From an uncultured Verrucomicrobiae bacterium (GTDB lineage: Bacteria; Verrucomicrobiota; Verrucomicrobiia; Chthoniobacterales; Chthoniobacteraceae): a DNA stretch of 64,000 nucleotides. The notes under the pieces were generated by a model. That model was not told where the DNA came from. It did not search any database and saw only the letters and a list, made by a program, of their open reading frames with translations. The stretch lies in assembly GCA_963828525.1 (NCBI GenBank), contig CAWHEP010000011.1, positions 32,001 to 96,000 on the forward strand, in the 5' to 3' direction. The position numbers and the translations under genes are program-made. Below are positions 32,460 through 40,500 of this stretch, piece after piece. Positions within the stretch are counted from its first letter, which is position 1. Every line of letters begins with the position of its first letter.

Positions 32460-32543
32460 GCAGATCTTGATAAGGATCGGCGAAGCGGGTCGGAAGAGGC
32501 TGTCGCGTCGGTGTCGCGAGTAGTGGATGGAGGATTACGCGAA

Positions 32544-33023
32544 TCAAGAATGCGGCAGAAACCTTTTCCAATCTTCGCTTTCTGCTGTTCGCTTTATCAC
32601 TTTGTTTCGCTCGGCGATAAATCGTCGCATATAGGAGTTCAAAGCGAGGGCGTCCACTGCACTGCCCAAAAGGCCGAGTGGGACGTTGAAATCGAAGACA
32701 TCCTTCATCACGGTTATTCCTTCGCGCGAAACGAAAAAGTGATCGTGATCGAATCTCTTGAAGGCTCCGCGTACCATGGAGTCACGGAGGTGATCGGGAC
32801 GTGAAAACGCGGTGATTCTACTCGTGAGTTCCTGCCAGATTCCAAAGTGCTTTCCTCGCCAGGTAACTTCCTGGCCATAGGCAAGCAAGCCACTCGTAAC
32901 ACCGGCAATTGCGGTTTCGCGCGTGCTTCCCGCAGATTCGGTGTGAAGGTCCACGCTTCGAGAGAGGTCAAAGACACGTTCGATCGGAGCATGGATTTCC
33001 GTGACTGTGACGACGATGCTCAT
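32544..33023 (-). CDS. SRPBCC family protein
   Basis: TEIHAPIERVFDLSRSVDLH, VTWRGKHFG, DSMVRGAFKRFDHDH. Confidence 0.88.
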   Translation of the reverse strand: MSIVVTVTEIHAPIERVFDLSRSVDLHTESAGSTRETAIAGVTSGLLAYGQEVTWRGKHFGIWQELTSRITAFSRPDHLRDSMVRGAFKRFDHDHFFVSREGITVMKDVFDFNVPLGLLGSAVDALALNSYMRRFIAERNKVIKRTAESEDWKRFLPHS

Positions 33024-33506
33024 TCAAAACAAAGCATCAGGTTCACTCCTCTCGGCTTCGTTAGTCACTGCGTCGCCCTCGATATTTTTCGACATCATCC
33101 CGAGGTCGGTCCTTGGTGTCCATCCTACAGACTTCCAGAACGCGACGCCGTCCTGATTTCTGTCAAAAATAAAGATGTGACACTTTCGGATACCGAGATT
33201 ATGCAAAGCAGCAAGACACCGGGCGACAAGTTTGCGACCAATAGCACGGCGGCGCCACTGAGGATGCACCGCCAGATGATGGAGATAACCGCGCCTCCCA
33301 TCGTGGCCGGCGAGAACGGCGCCGACAACGCAGCCATTGCTGGTTGCGACGAAACTGGTGCCGACATTCCGCTCCACGTATATTGAAATGCGTTCCCTGG
33401 AGTCGTCCTCGCTTAGACCGACGCCCTCGGACTGTTGCCATAGCGTCAATACACTGTCGAAAGCATCTATGGTAAAAGGAGATATCTCGAATTTCATGCC
33501 TTTCAT
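33024..33506 (-). CDS. GNAT family N-acetyltransferase
   Basis: GHDGRRGYLHHLAVHPQWRRRAIG, N..GVAFWKSVGW. Confidence 0.93.
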   Translation of the reverse strand: MKGMKFEISPFTIDAFDSVLTLWQQSEGVGLSEDDSRERISIYVERNVGTSFVATSNGCVVGAVLAGHDGRRGYLHHLAVHPQWRRRAIGRKLVARCLAALHNLGIRKCHIFIFDRNQDGVAFWKSVGWTPRTDLGMMSKNIEGDAVTNEAERSEPDALF

Positions 33507-33519
33507 ATTAGAGCATAGT

Positions 33520-33914
33520 TTACTGGGACTTTTCTGGTATGCGCTTGCTCTCCGCGCTGCAATCGACGTGTAGGATCATCTGGCGGCCATGAATGGGCGT
33601 CTTGCTTTGAAGAAGGATATTTGTCGGCGGGTCCGTGTCCCGGCCCCGGAAGTAATCGTAGCCGACTTTCATCTCGGAGACGAAACGCGCCGGGATGTAA
33701 TGAGGGACGAGATCATCGAGACTTTCCGGGAAATGCCCCCCGTGCTCAGGAGCGTAAATTTGCAGGCAAATCCAATACTCTTCTCATCTTGCAAACAGCG
33801 GGACAATTCTATCCTCAAAAGAGTCTGCGTGGAGACGGGCACGGCTGCAGCGAGGACCAGAATGGAAAACGCCGCCCAAACAACAACCCGCTTTGATTTG
33901 CTCCTGACTACCAA
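33520..33914 (-). CDS. Membrane-anchored pilin-like hypothetical protein (frameshift near 33760)
   Basis: Joining frames at the AAA run gives TM helix-CLQDEKSIGFACK-IYAPEHGGHFPESLDDLVPHYI...YDYF; start position uncertain. Confidence 0.55.
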
Positions 33915-34083
33915 GGGCTATTGTTCGGGGATCAGGGCAGCGTCTGCCACAGAAGAAGAGGATGCGGGCGAGATAGTTAGCCCTCTGTCATGACGTTAGT
34001 GATAACTGCCTGGACTTAAGAACCAGTGACGCCGTAGCTCCAGGGTGTTGTCGGCCCAAAGGCAACAATAATATGCGCCAACG

Positions 34084-34509
34084 TCATTGCTTTGGTGAAT
34101 TCCACGGGTTTATGAGGCGTATTCCGGTATCCGCAAAATCTGCCGTATTCCTGGTGACCAAGGTCAGATCGTTGACATAGGCCGTGGCGGCGATCAGCCC
34201 GTCCGCGAGACTGCGGGTTCGTTGGCTCAACAGAATCGCGCAACGCTCCGCGATGGGGAAATCGATCGAAAGTACACACCCGTCGAAGGCCGGCTTGACC
34301 TGCGCTTCATACCATTCATTCAGGAGCTCTGCCAAACGGGCATCCTTGCGCTTGGCCGCGAGTACTCCCTGCTTTATTTCCATCAGGCTAATCACGCTGA
34401 TGAACAATTCCTGCCCTGAAATTTCAAGCTGCCACGCCGCCACCGCCGGATTGCAGCGACTTTTCTTTCGCAGTTCCGAGACGACGTTGGTGTCCACCAA
34501 CAGAGCCAT
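34084..34509 (-). CDS. vapC: PIN-domain toxin (VapC/FitB-like)
   Basis: LLVDTNVVSELRK, ISVISLMEI, DGLIAATA, LVTRN..DF. Confidence 0.93.
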   Translation of the reverse strand: MALLVDTNVVSELRKKSRCNPAVAAWQLEISGQELFISVISLMEIKQGVLAAKRKDARLAELLNEWYEAQVKPAFDGCVLSIDFPIAERCAILLSQRTRSLADGLIAATAYVNDLTLVTRNTADFADTGIRLINPWNSPKQ

Positions 34510-34745
34510 TACGATAAGTCGGACTCGCGGCTGGAACTCGTATTTCTGGGAAAATCGAGATCGGCCTTGGAAAGCTTCTCGTTGCCAATGGCTTCCAGCA
34601 GCGTTTTTTGGCGTCGCGGAGGCGTTCGGCCGAGCTCCCTTCGGATCAGGTCGGCAATCCAGCCTGAGAGCGAATGACCAGCATCCACGGCGCGATGTCT
34701 GGCGGCTCGGCACATTTGGTCATTGATCTTAATTGTAACATTCAT
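34509..34745 (-). CDS. Cognate antitoxin, ribbon-helix-helix-like
   Basis: MNVTIKINDQMCRAARHRA....SLSGWIADLI; TAATG overlap with vapC. Confidence 0.8.
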   Translation of the reverse strand: MNVTIKINDQMCRAARHRAVDAGHSLSGWIADLIRRELGRTPPRRQKTLLEAIGNEKLSKADLDFPRNTSSSRESDLS

Positions 34746-34756
34746 CTTAATTTATT

Positions 34757-34780
34757 GCACGATAGCACGAAAGCACGGCG
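34757..34780. promoter_or_regulatory. Three 8-bp-periodic GCACG direct repeats, putative antitoxin operator
   Basis: GCACGATA GCACGAAA GCACGGCG just upstream of the antitoxin start. Confidence 0.5.
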
Positions 34781-34922
34781 ATGGCAAAGTGCGCCTTCTT
34801 GCTTGATCGAGTCCAAGCGCCCGTGTTTGCCGCTGCACAGTCAGCTATCCCCTCGATTTGATAGACGGAGGCGCAATCCGGAAAGGTCTTGTGGCGCTCT
34901 GGACGGCAGGTATTTTGACTGC

Positions 34923-35126
34923 ATGTCCACCGCGGCGTTGCTCCATCGCATCACGATCGACCCGGAGATTTGTCATGGCAAGCCATGCGCGCGCGGGCTG
35001 CGGTATCCTGTCTCGATGCTTCTGGAGCTTCTGAGCAGCGGGATGACCGTGGAAGACTTCCTGTCTGATTACGAGGATTTGGAGCGCGAGGACTTGCTGG
35101 CCGCTTTGGCCTACGCCGCGCGTTAA
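34923..35126 (+). CDS. DUF433 domain protein (antitoxin-like)
   Basis: RITIDPEICHGKPCARGLRYPV..LLELL..GMT..L.DY.DLEREDL.AALAYA. Confidence 0.9.
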   Translation: MSTAALLHRITIDPEICHGKPCARGLRYPVSMLLELLSSGMTVEDFLSDYEDLEREDLLAALAYAAR

Positions 35127-35578
35127 AGGCCCACCTTTAATCCCTCGGCCTCGGCAAGTTTTCGCTGCCCCATGTCGAAGGTCAGAAAGCATTTTGCCTT
35201 CAAATGCTGAGACGTGGCGACGTGTAAGAGATCGAAGCTTCGATGTCCACCGCGCCAAGTGTGGGTATTCGAGAGTTTGCGCGCGAGAGCAATGACTGTT
35301 GCAAAATCGCATGGGATAATTTCAAGGACGCCGCTTTCGATGTCCGCGTCAATGCGCGCGAGAGCCACTTGAGCAACCTGTGTTGAAAAGCCTTTGTTTT
35401 TATCCTGTGAATTCATCCAAGCGGCGAGACGCATCGCGTTTTCAAACTCGTAAAGCAGCAGCGTGGTTACCGGAAGCCCGCGATCAAGCTTCGCAAAGGC
35501 GCTTGCAGCCGCCGCCGATGAGGGCCGTGGCAGGTAAAGGCTGAAAAGGAAGCTTGTATCAGGATAGACGCTCAGCAT
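35123..35578 (-). CDS. vapC: PIN-domain toxin (VapC-like)
   Basis: VYPDTSFLFSLY, E.ENA, RSFDLLHVA, FLTFD..Q.KLAEAEGL. Confidence 0.9.
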   Translation of the reverse strand: MLSVYPDTSFLFSLYLPRPSSAAAASAFAKLDRGLPVTTLLLYEFENAMRLAAWMNSQDKNKGFSTQVAQVALARIDADIESGVLEIIPCDFATVIALARKLSNTHTWRGGHRSFDLLHVATSQHLKAKCFLTFDMGQRKLAEAEGLKVGL

Positions 35579-35822
35579 GGCTGCCTGCCTCCCGCATGAC
35601 TTCGTCGTAAATATCGTCCGTCACAAGGAAGTCTCCAAAATCAGCGCGCAATCGCGCAAGAATGTCGGGCTTGGCGATGCGCCCGGTCTTCGGCGGCTCA
35701 GCGGGCATAATGCGAGCGAAAACTCGGCCTCGCTTGGTCACTTCAACGGTTTCACCCGCTTCGATCCAACGGGAAACGCGCGCAAACGAATTTCTCAGGT
35801 CACGGACGCTCGCAGTTTTCAT
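35559..35822 (-). CDS. Phd/YefM family antitoxin
   Basis: MKTASVRDLRNSFARV..WIEAGETVEVTKRGRVFARI. Confidence 0.9.
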   Translation of the reverse strand: MKTASVRDLRNSFARVSRWIEAGETVEVTKRGRVFARIMPAEPPKTGRIAKPDILARLRADFGDFLVTDDIYDEVMREAGSHAERLS

Positions 35823-35842
35823 TGTGATACATCTGTATCACA
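35823..35842. promoter_or_regulatory. Palindromic operator TGTGATACA-TC-TGTATCACA with perfect 9-bp arms
   Basis: Inverted arms directly abut the antitoxin ATG; typical TA autorepression site. Confidence 0.75.
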
Positions 35843-36047
35843 TACTTACGGGTTGAACAAGGAATAAAAAGAGCCCTGCTGCACGGCGTTTGTGCCGCGT
35901 CGTGGATGACCTGAGCGGCCAAACCGCAGAGTGGAAACCTCGGTCGACACGAGCGCTCAGGAACCAAAGACACTTATATGAGGCACGAGGCAATCCGAAG
36001 GTCAGAAAGCAACTTGCACCAGACGCTATCCTTTCGGGTATCGGGGC

Positions 36048-36770
36048 TTAGTCGACTGTTTCCAGGCCTGCATGGTATGTGAGAGGAAAATGCCGTTTGA
36101 ATCGCACAACTTCGAACTTCAACCACGGCGTTGGGACCAGATGCCGAAGCATATTCCTCCTGATTTCCAGCGTTTGCTCGGATAAAACCGCCGCAAAACC
36201 CGTGTCTCCCCAATGACAAAGGAGATCGCGAAGGACGTTTTCGTGGAACTCATCTGGAGCCGCCCCGCCTGTGAATTTGTAATAAGCTTTGAGCAGATAG
36301 GCCAATGCATCTTTATCTCCCCTTAACGCGCGCAAAAACATCTTTGCATCTACCGGCCCGATTCCTTCGCTTTGATCAACAATCATCCTTATCATCGCTC
36401 GGTCCGATAACCTGGGCGGGTCGTAAAAACCCAGAAGGTATTGTGGGTCAAAAGCGACTGATTCAAGGCCTGCGTGGTAGGTGAGAGGAAAATAGCTTTT
36501 GAATCGCACAATCTGGGACTTCAGCCACGGCGCCGGAACAAGGCGCGCAAGTATATTCTTCCTGATTTCCAGCGTTTGCTCGGACAACACCGCCGCAAAA
36601 GCTGTATCGCCCCAGTGACAAAGGAGGTCACGCAGGACGTTTTGTCGGCGTTCATCTTGAAACGCCCGGCCTGTAAATCTGTAATAAGCTTTAAGGAGAT
36701 AGGCCAAACCCGTTTTATCTTGCCTTAAAAGCAAGCTCGTCTGCGGGCGTGAGATCCGCTTAACATCCAC
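36048..36770 (-). CDS. Hypothetical protein with internal tandem duplication (probably the C-terminal part of the upstream membrane protein)
   Basis: Two ~88-aa units (LAYLLKAYY.FTG...NVLRDLLCHWGDT.FAAVLSEQTLEIR...FPLTYHAGLE) offset by 402 nt. Confidence 0.75.
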   Translation of the reverse strand: MDVKRISRPQTSLLLRQDKTGLAYLLKAYYRFTGRAFQDERRQNVLRDLLCHWGDTAFAAVLSEQTLEIRKNILARLVPAPWLKSQIVRFKSYFPLTYHAGLESVAFDPQYLLGFYDPPRLSDRAMIRMIVDQSEGIGPVDAKMFLRALRGDKDALAYLLKAYYKFTGGAAPDEFHENVLRDLLCHWGDTGFAAVLSEQTLEIRRNMLRHLVPTPWLKFEVVRFKRHFPLTYHAGLETVD

Positions 36771-37336
36771 CCCAAAGCGCTACCAGTCATAATAAGGACG
36801 CCCATGACAACAATCGGAATTGCGACGGATAGCACTAACGCGTGCATAACCACTAGGTATGTATACACCATAATAGTTGAGGCGGCGGTCAGAAAAACAC
36901 CTCGCTTCCGAGTGTGGAAGTCGCTCCACAAATTACCCGAAGCACCGCCCGCTATGGTGAGGCAGAATACAACCGTTGCAGGAAGAGGAGTGGATACCAC
37001 CAACCAATAGTGAGGCCAGTCCCGCCAGTTGAGGAAAGCTAACCTCATCCAGAGAAATTGAATTGTTGGATATGAAACAAGGAAAAAGGCGATAGTAAAA
37101 ACTAACCATTGTTTAGGATGTAGCCTTCCTATAATGACCCCGGACCATAGCCACGGCAGCCAGCGCGTAGACGCCCCGACTACCATTTTAAGAGTGGAAT
37201 CCTGACAGTCCGGATGGGTAAGGGCGACTACTGAGGTAACGAGACACAGCGCCAGTAGACACAACCCAAAAGGCAGGATACGCGCAAAAAGATGAGGAGT
37301 ACGGTACGCTTGTTTCATAATCGGTAAGGCGGTCAT
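36725..37336 (-). CDS. Multi-pass membrane hypothetical protein (AT-richer than flanks)
   Basis: Several hydrophobic segments; start uncertain (37336 or 37318); one extra G in GGGG near 36770 would fuse it to the downstream ORF. Confidence 0.6.
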   Translation of the reverse strand: MTALPIMKQAYRTPHLFARILPFGLCLLALCLVTSVVALTHPDCQDSTLKMVVGASTRWLPWLWSGVIIGRLHPKQWLVFTIAFFLVSYPTIQFLWMRLAFLNWRDWPHYWLVVSTPLPATVVFCLTIAGGASGNLWSDFHTRKRGVFLTAASTIMVYTYLVVMHALVLSVAIPIVVMGVLIMTGSALGWMLSGSHARRRACF

Positions 37337-37545
37337 CACCTTCTCACCGGAGCCTTTCGCATGGTACTCCATTATTGACGCCAGCGACGAGACAATCGGG
37401 AGACTGGTCCTCGTTGCGGGCGAGTAAAAGGTGAAGACACGATCGCTGGCACCTTTACTAAATAGCTCCCTTGAGCAAATAAAGCCGGCTTTCGTGGAAT
37501 TCATGAGCACCGCGCCTGATAATCCGCCGGTTCCAGATTACGAAC

Positions 37546-37560
37546 TGCCGGACTGACCGG
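37546..37560 (+). repeat. 15-bp direct repeat, copy 2 (TGCCGGACTGACCGG)
   Basis: Exact match to 26118-26132. Confidence 0.6.
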
Positions 37561-37572
37561 CGTCTGCCGCGG

Positions 37573-40500
37573 TCAGGGCTGCGAGCGGAGGGCGTTCAGA
37601 ACTTCGTTGCGTATGGAGTCGTCGAGGATTCCTTGCGCGAGATCGAGCGCGGTGATGCCGCGCGCGTCGGGCAGGGAGGGGTCGAAGCCGACTTTTAGGA
37701 GTTCGGCTACTTGCTTAGGATCGGCGCGGAGGACGGCGTTGTGAAGGGGAGTCATGCCAAAGTCGTCGAGGCCGGTCAGCCGAATCCCGCATGTGTGGAT
37801 GAATGCCAGGCAGTCGTTTTTGGCGTAGTTTCGGAATGGGAAGTTGAGCGGCGTGGAATCCCGCGGCATCTCGAACGGAGAACGCTTCCGGCGTATCTTT
37901 GGCGATGCGAGCGATGGACGCGAAGGCAGCCTGCAGGCGCGTCGGGTCGCAGTTGAACGCTTCGAAGAGCTCCTGGGCGCGGAGCTGAACCTGGGTATTC
38001 TCTTCGATGAAGCGGGCGATCTCAGGCGTGGCTGCGGCCTCTGCGGCGTTACGATGGAATTGATCCTGGACGGGGGCGTAAGCGCCGTGCTTCAAGAGCA
38101 GCTTCACCATTCCGAGGTCGCCGACTTCGGCGGCGGCGATGAGCGGTGTCCTACATCCGCCCTGGGGAGACTGTAGCGCCACCAGGGCCTGCTGACGTTC
38201 GTAAAAAGGATCGCCCGTCGAACGTCTGGGGGAGGGGACGACTCCCCATTCGCCGATGTTCGGATCGCAGCCATGCGCCAGCAGAGTTTCCGCCAATTCG
38301 CGAGACCGATGCGTTACAGCCAGGAAGACGAGGCCGGGTTTGGCGGCTTCGTCCTCGAGATCTTCGCCGAACGGCGGGAGCAGGTCGGCGCCGCGCTGGA
38401 GGAGATCGTTGACCCGAGCGAGATCGCCGGCGTTCACGGCCCTCCGCAGATCGTCCAGGGCAGGCCGCGCGCGGATGGCCTCCAGGAGGCGCGCCTGGCC
38501 GCGCTTTTCGACATCCGACGCCGGCCGATAATTCTCCAGCGCTTCGCGGAACCCGCCAACCCCGCAGGAAAGGTAGGGAGCGTCCAGGATCGTTCTGCCT
38601 GCGAGGTCGCGACAGCGGAGATCGGCATCGGAGCCGGCCAGCAGGCAGGCCAGCGCGGGTTCGCGCCAGCCAAAAGCCAAGTGTAGCGAGGAGCAGCCTT
38701 GACGGCAAGGCGCTCTCGGCGGGACACCCTTGGCCAGCAGAAACCGGATGACCTCTTCCCGGCTCGTCGCGTTGCCCGGAAACTGGTAGGAAATACGGTA
38801 GTGCCCTTCTCCGACGGCTGCGCAGAGCGCCGTGCCGCCCAAGGTTCCATAGCCCAGCTTTGTATTCAGGTCCGGATAGCTTTTCAGGATTTCGGGCAGG
38901 ACATCGGGGGCGCTCCGGGCACCTTCGGCGCGCTCGAGAAATAGGGAATCCGCCCGGTCGATGAGCCGGGGTTTTGCGCCACGCTCCAGCAGGAGCAACA
39001 TGAGCTTTGGATAGTCAAAAGAGGCGACGAGCGGCGACCTTGCGTACGGGATGAGCTCGCCGGGGTTGGGGTCTGGAGACTCGCCGCAGGCCAGCAACGC
39101 TTCAACGACCTTGGCCTTCCCCCATCCGAGGGAACTGATGAATATCTGACGAACCTCCTCATCGCTGGCGCGGGTTGGGGGAATGTATCGGACCAGCGCC
39201 GCTGCGCGGGCGTCGTTCTTACCAAGCGAGGCCGTAATCAATTCGCAGACGTGATGCAGATCGGCAGCCGTCGCCGGTTCGAGAGTGACCGTTTCCGGGT
39301 CCGCCAGGAGTTTGAGATGGCTTTTATCGTCGGCTGAGAGGGGCGCGTCTAATGCTAGCAGCAGGCCAGCCATATCGACATCATTGTGTCCCACAACCAG
39401 CTGCGCGGCTCCCGTGAGGGGCGCTCCGGCTTTGAAGAGGAGTTTAACGATATCGGCGTTGTGGTTCCTAACGGCTTCGAGCAGCGCGGCATTATCCGGC
39501 CTGGCCCCTGCTTGAAGCAACAGGCGCGTCATCGCTGGCTCTCGCTGGCGGGCGGCGGCGGCCAGGGGGGTCGCGCCAACAGAAGGAATGCCGATTTCCG
39601 GAGTCGCCTCCAAGTCCGGATGGCACTTAAGAAAGAGCTTCACAAGGTCGAGGTTTCGAGTCCAGACCGCCACGGTCACCGCCGGGGTCTTGCTCCGGCC
39701 GAATACCGTGCCGGCTACGGCGGGTTTTTCCAGGAGCGTTTCCACCCTCCGCAGATCGCCTCGGAGGACGGCATCGTATAAAGACACGGGGATGGACGCC
39801 TCCGCTGGCCGGAACGGGCGCGCCATTTTTCTTGCGAGGGCGGGAGGCGGGAGCCCGAGCGCGGCATACATGTCGGATCTATCCCAGCGCTGAAGACCGC
39901 CAAAGCTCGCTGTCCATAAGTCGCGCTCGCCGATGCACAATCCTTCGCGGGCAACGAATGGGCCAATAGCTCCGAGCGCGCGGTGGCTGGCCCGATCCAG
40001 CAGCAGCAATGTCCCGCCAAGGGGCGGGGGACGGCCATGAATGGCGGCCCCAGACGAGAATACGAACGAGAGCCAGAGATAAGGCCCGTCCGGGACGACC
40101 TCGTCGAGGCTGAACGTCTTGGCCTGCCAGACAATCCGCTTTTCTTTAAGGGAATAATCGAGGATTCCGTATCCGCTCCAGAGCCAGATCTCCCCGTCGA
40201 GCACCAGCGACCCTGGCCGGGCGGGAAGGAAGTATCGTAGCAATGGGTTCGATTCATCCAGTTTTGGAGGCGGTGGCAGCTCCCCCCAGGCCTGCGCTGT
40301 CGTGTCGTAATAGAGATTCCATTGCGGGAAAACAGCGAGTCTGTCCGTCCCGGCTATTTCCCAAGACCCATGCGGGCGGGGGCCAGCTTCCCCGGTCGTG
40401 GCTGGCGGTGAGGGCGGTGTAAACCACTTGCCGAGCGACCAATCAAAAAGGCCGACAACCCGTTTCTTTTGGTTTTGGTCCGCGACCGCGGCGTATTGCG

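Noticed and set aside
33589..33993. 134-aa plus-strand ORF
   Set aside because: Antisense to the more protein-like frameshifted minus-strand gene; no recognisable motif
35910..35961. CCTGAGCG/CGCTCAGG inverted repeat as sRNA or MITE
   Set aside because: Only 8 bp, single occurrence, no poly-T tail or target duplication seen
36048..36730. Duplicated segment as a DGR template/variable repeat pair
   Set aside because: Differences are not adenine-specific, many are synonymous, both copies lie in one ORF, and no reverse transcriptase is present
32460..37570. Integron cassette array (GNAT, TA modules, small ORFs)
   Set aside because: No recurring attC-like RYYYAAC...GTTRRRY sites and no integrase; the ATGACGTT inverted pair at 33990/34087 has the wrong orientation and occurs once
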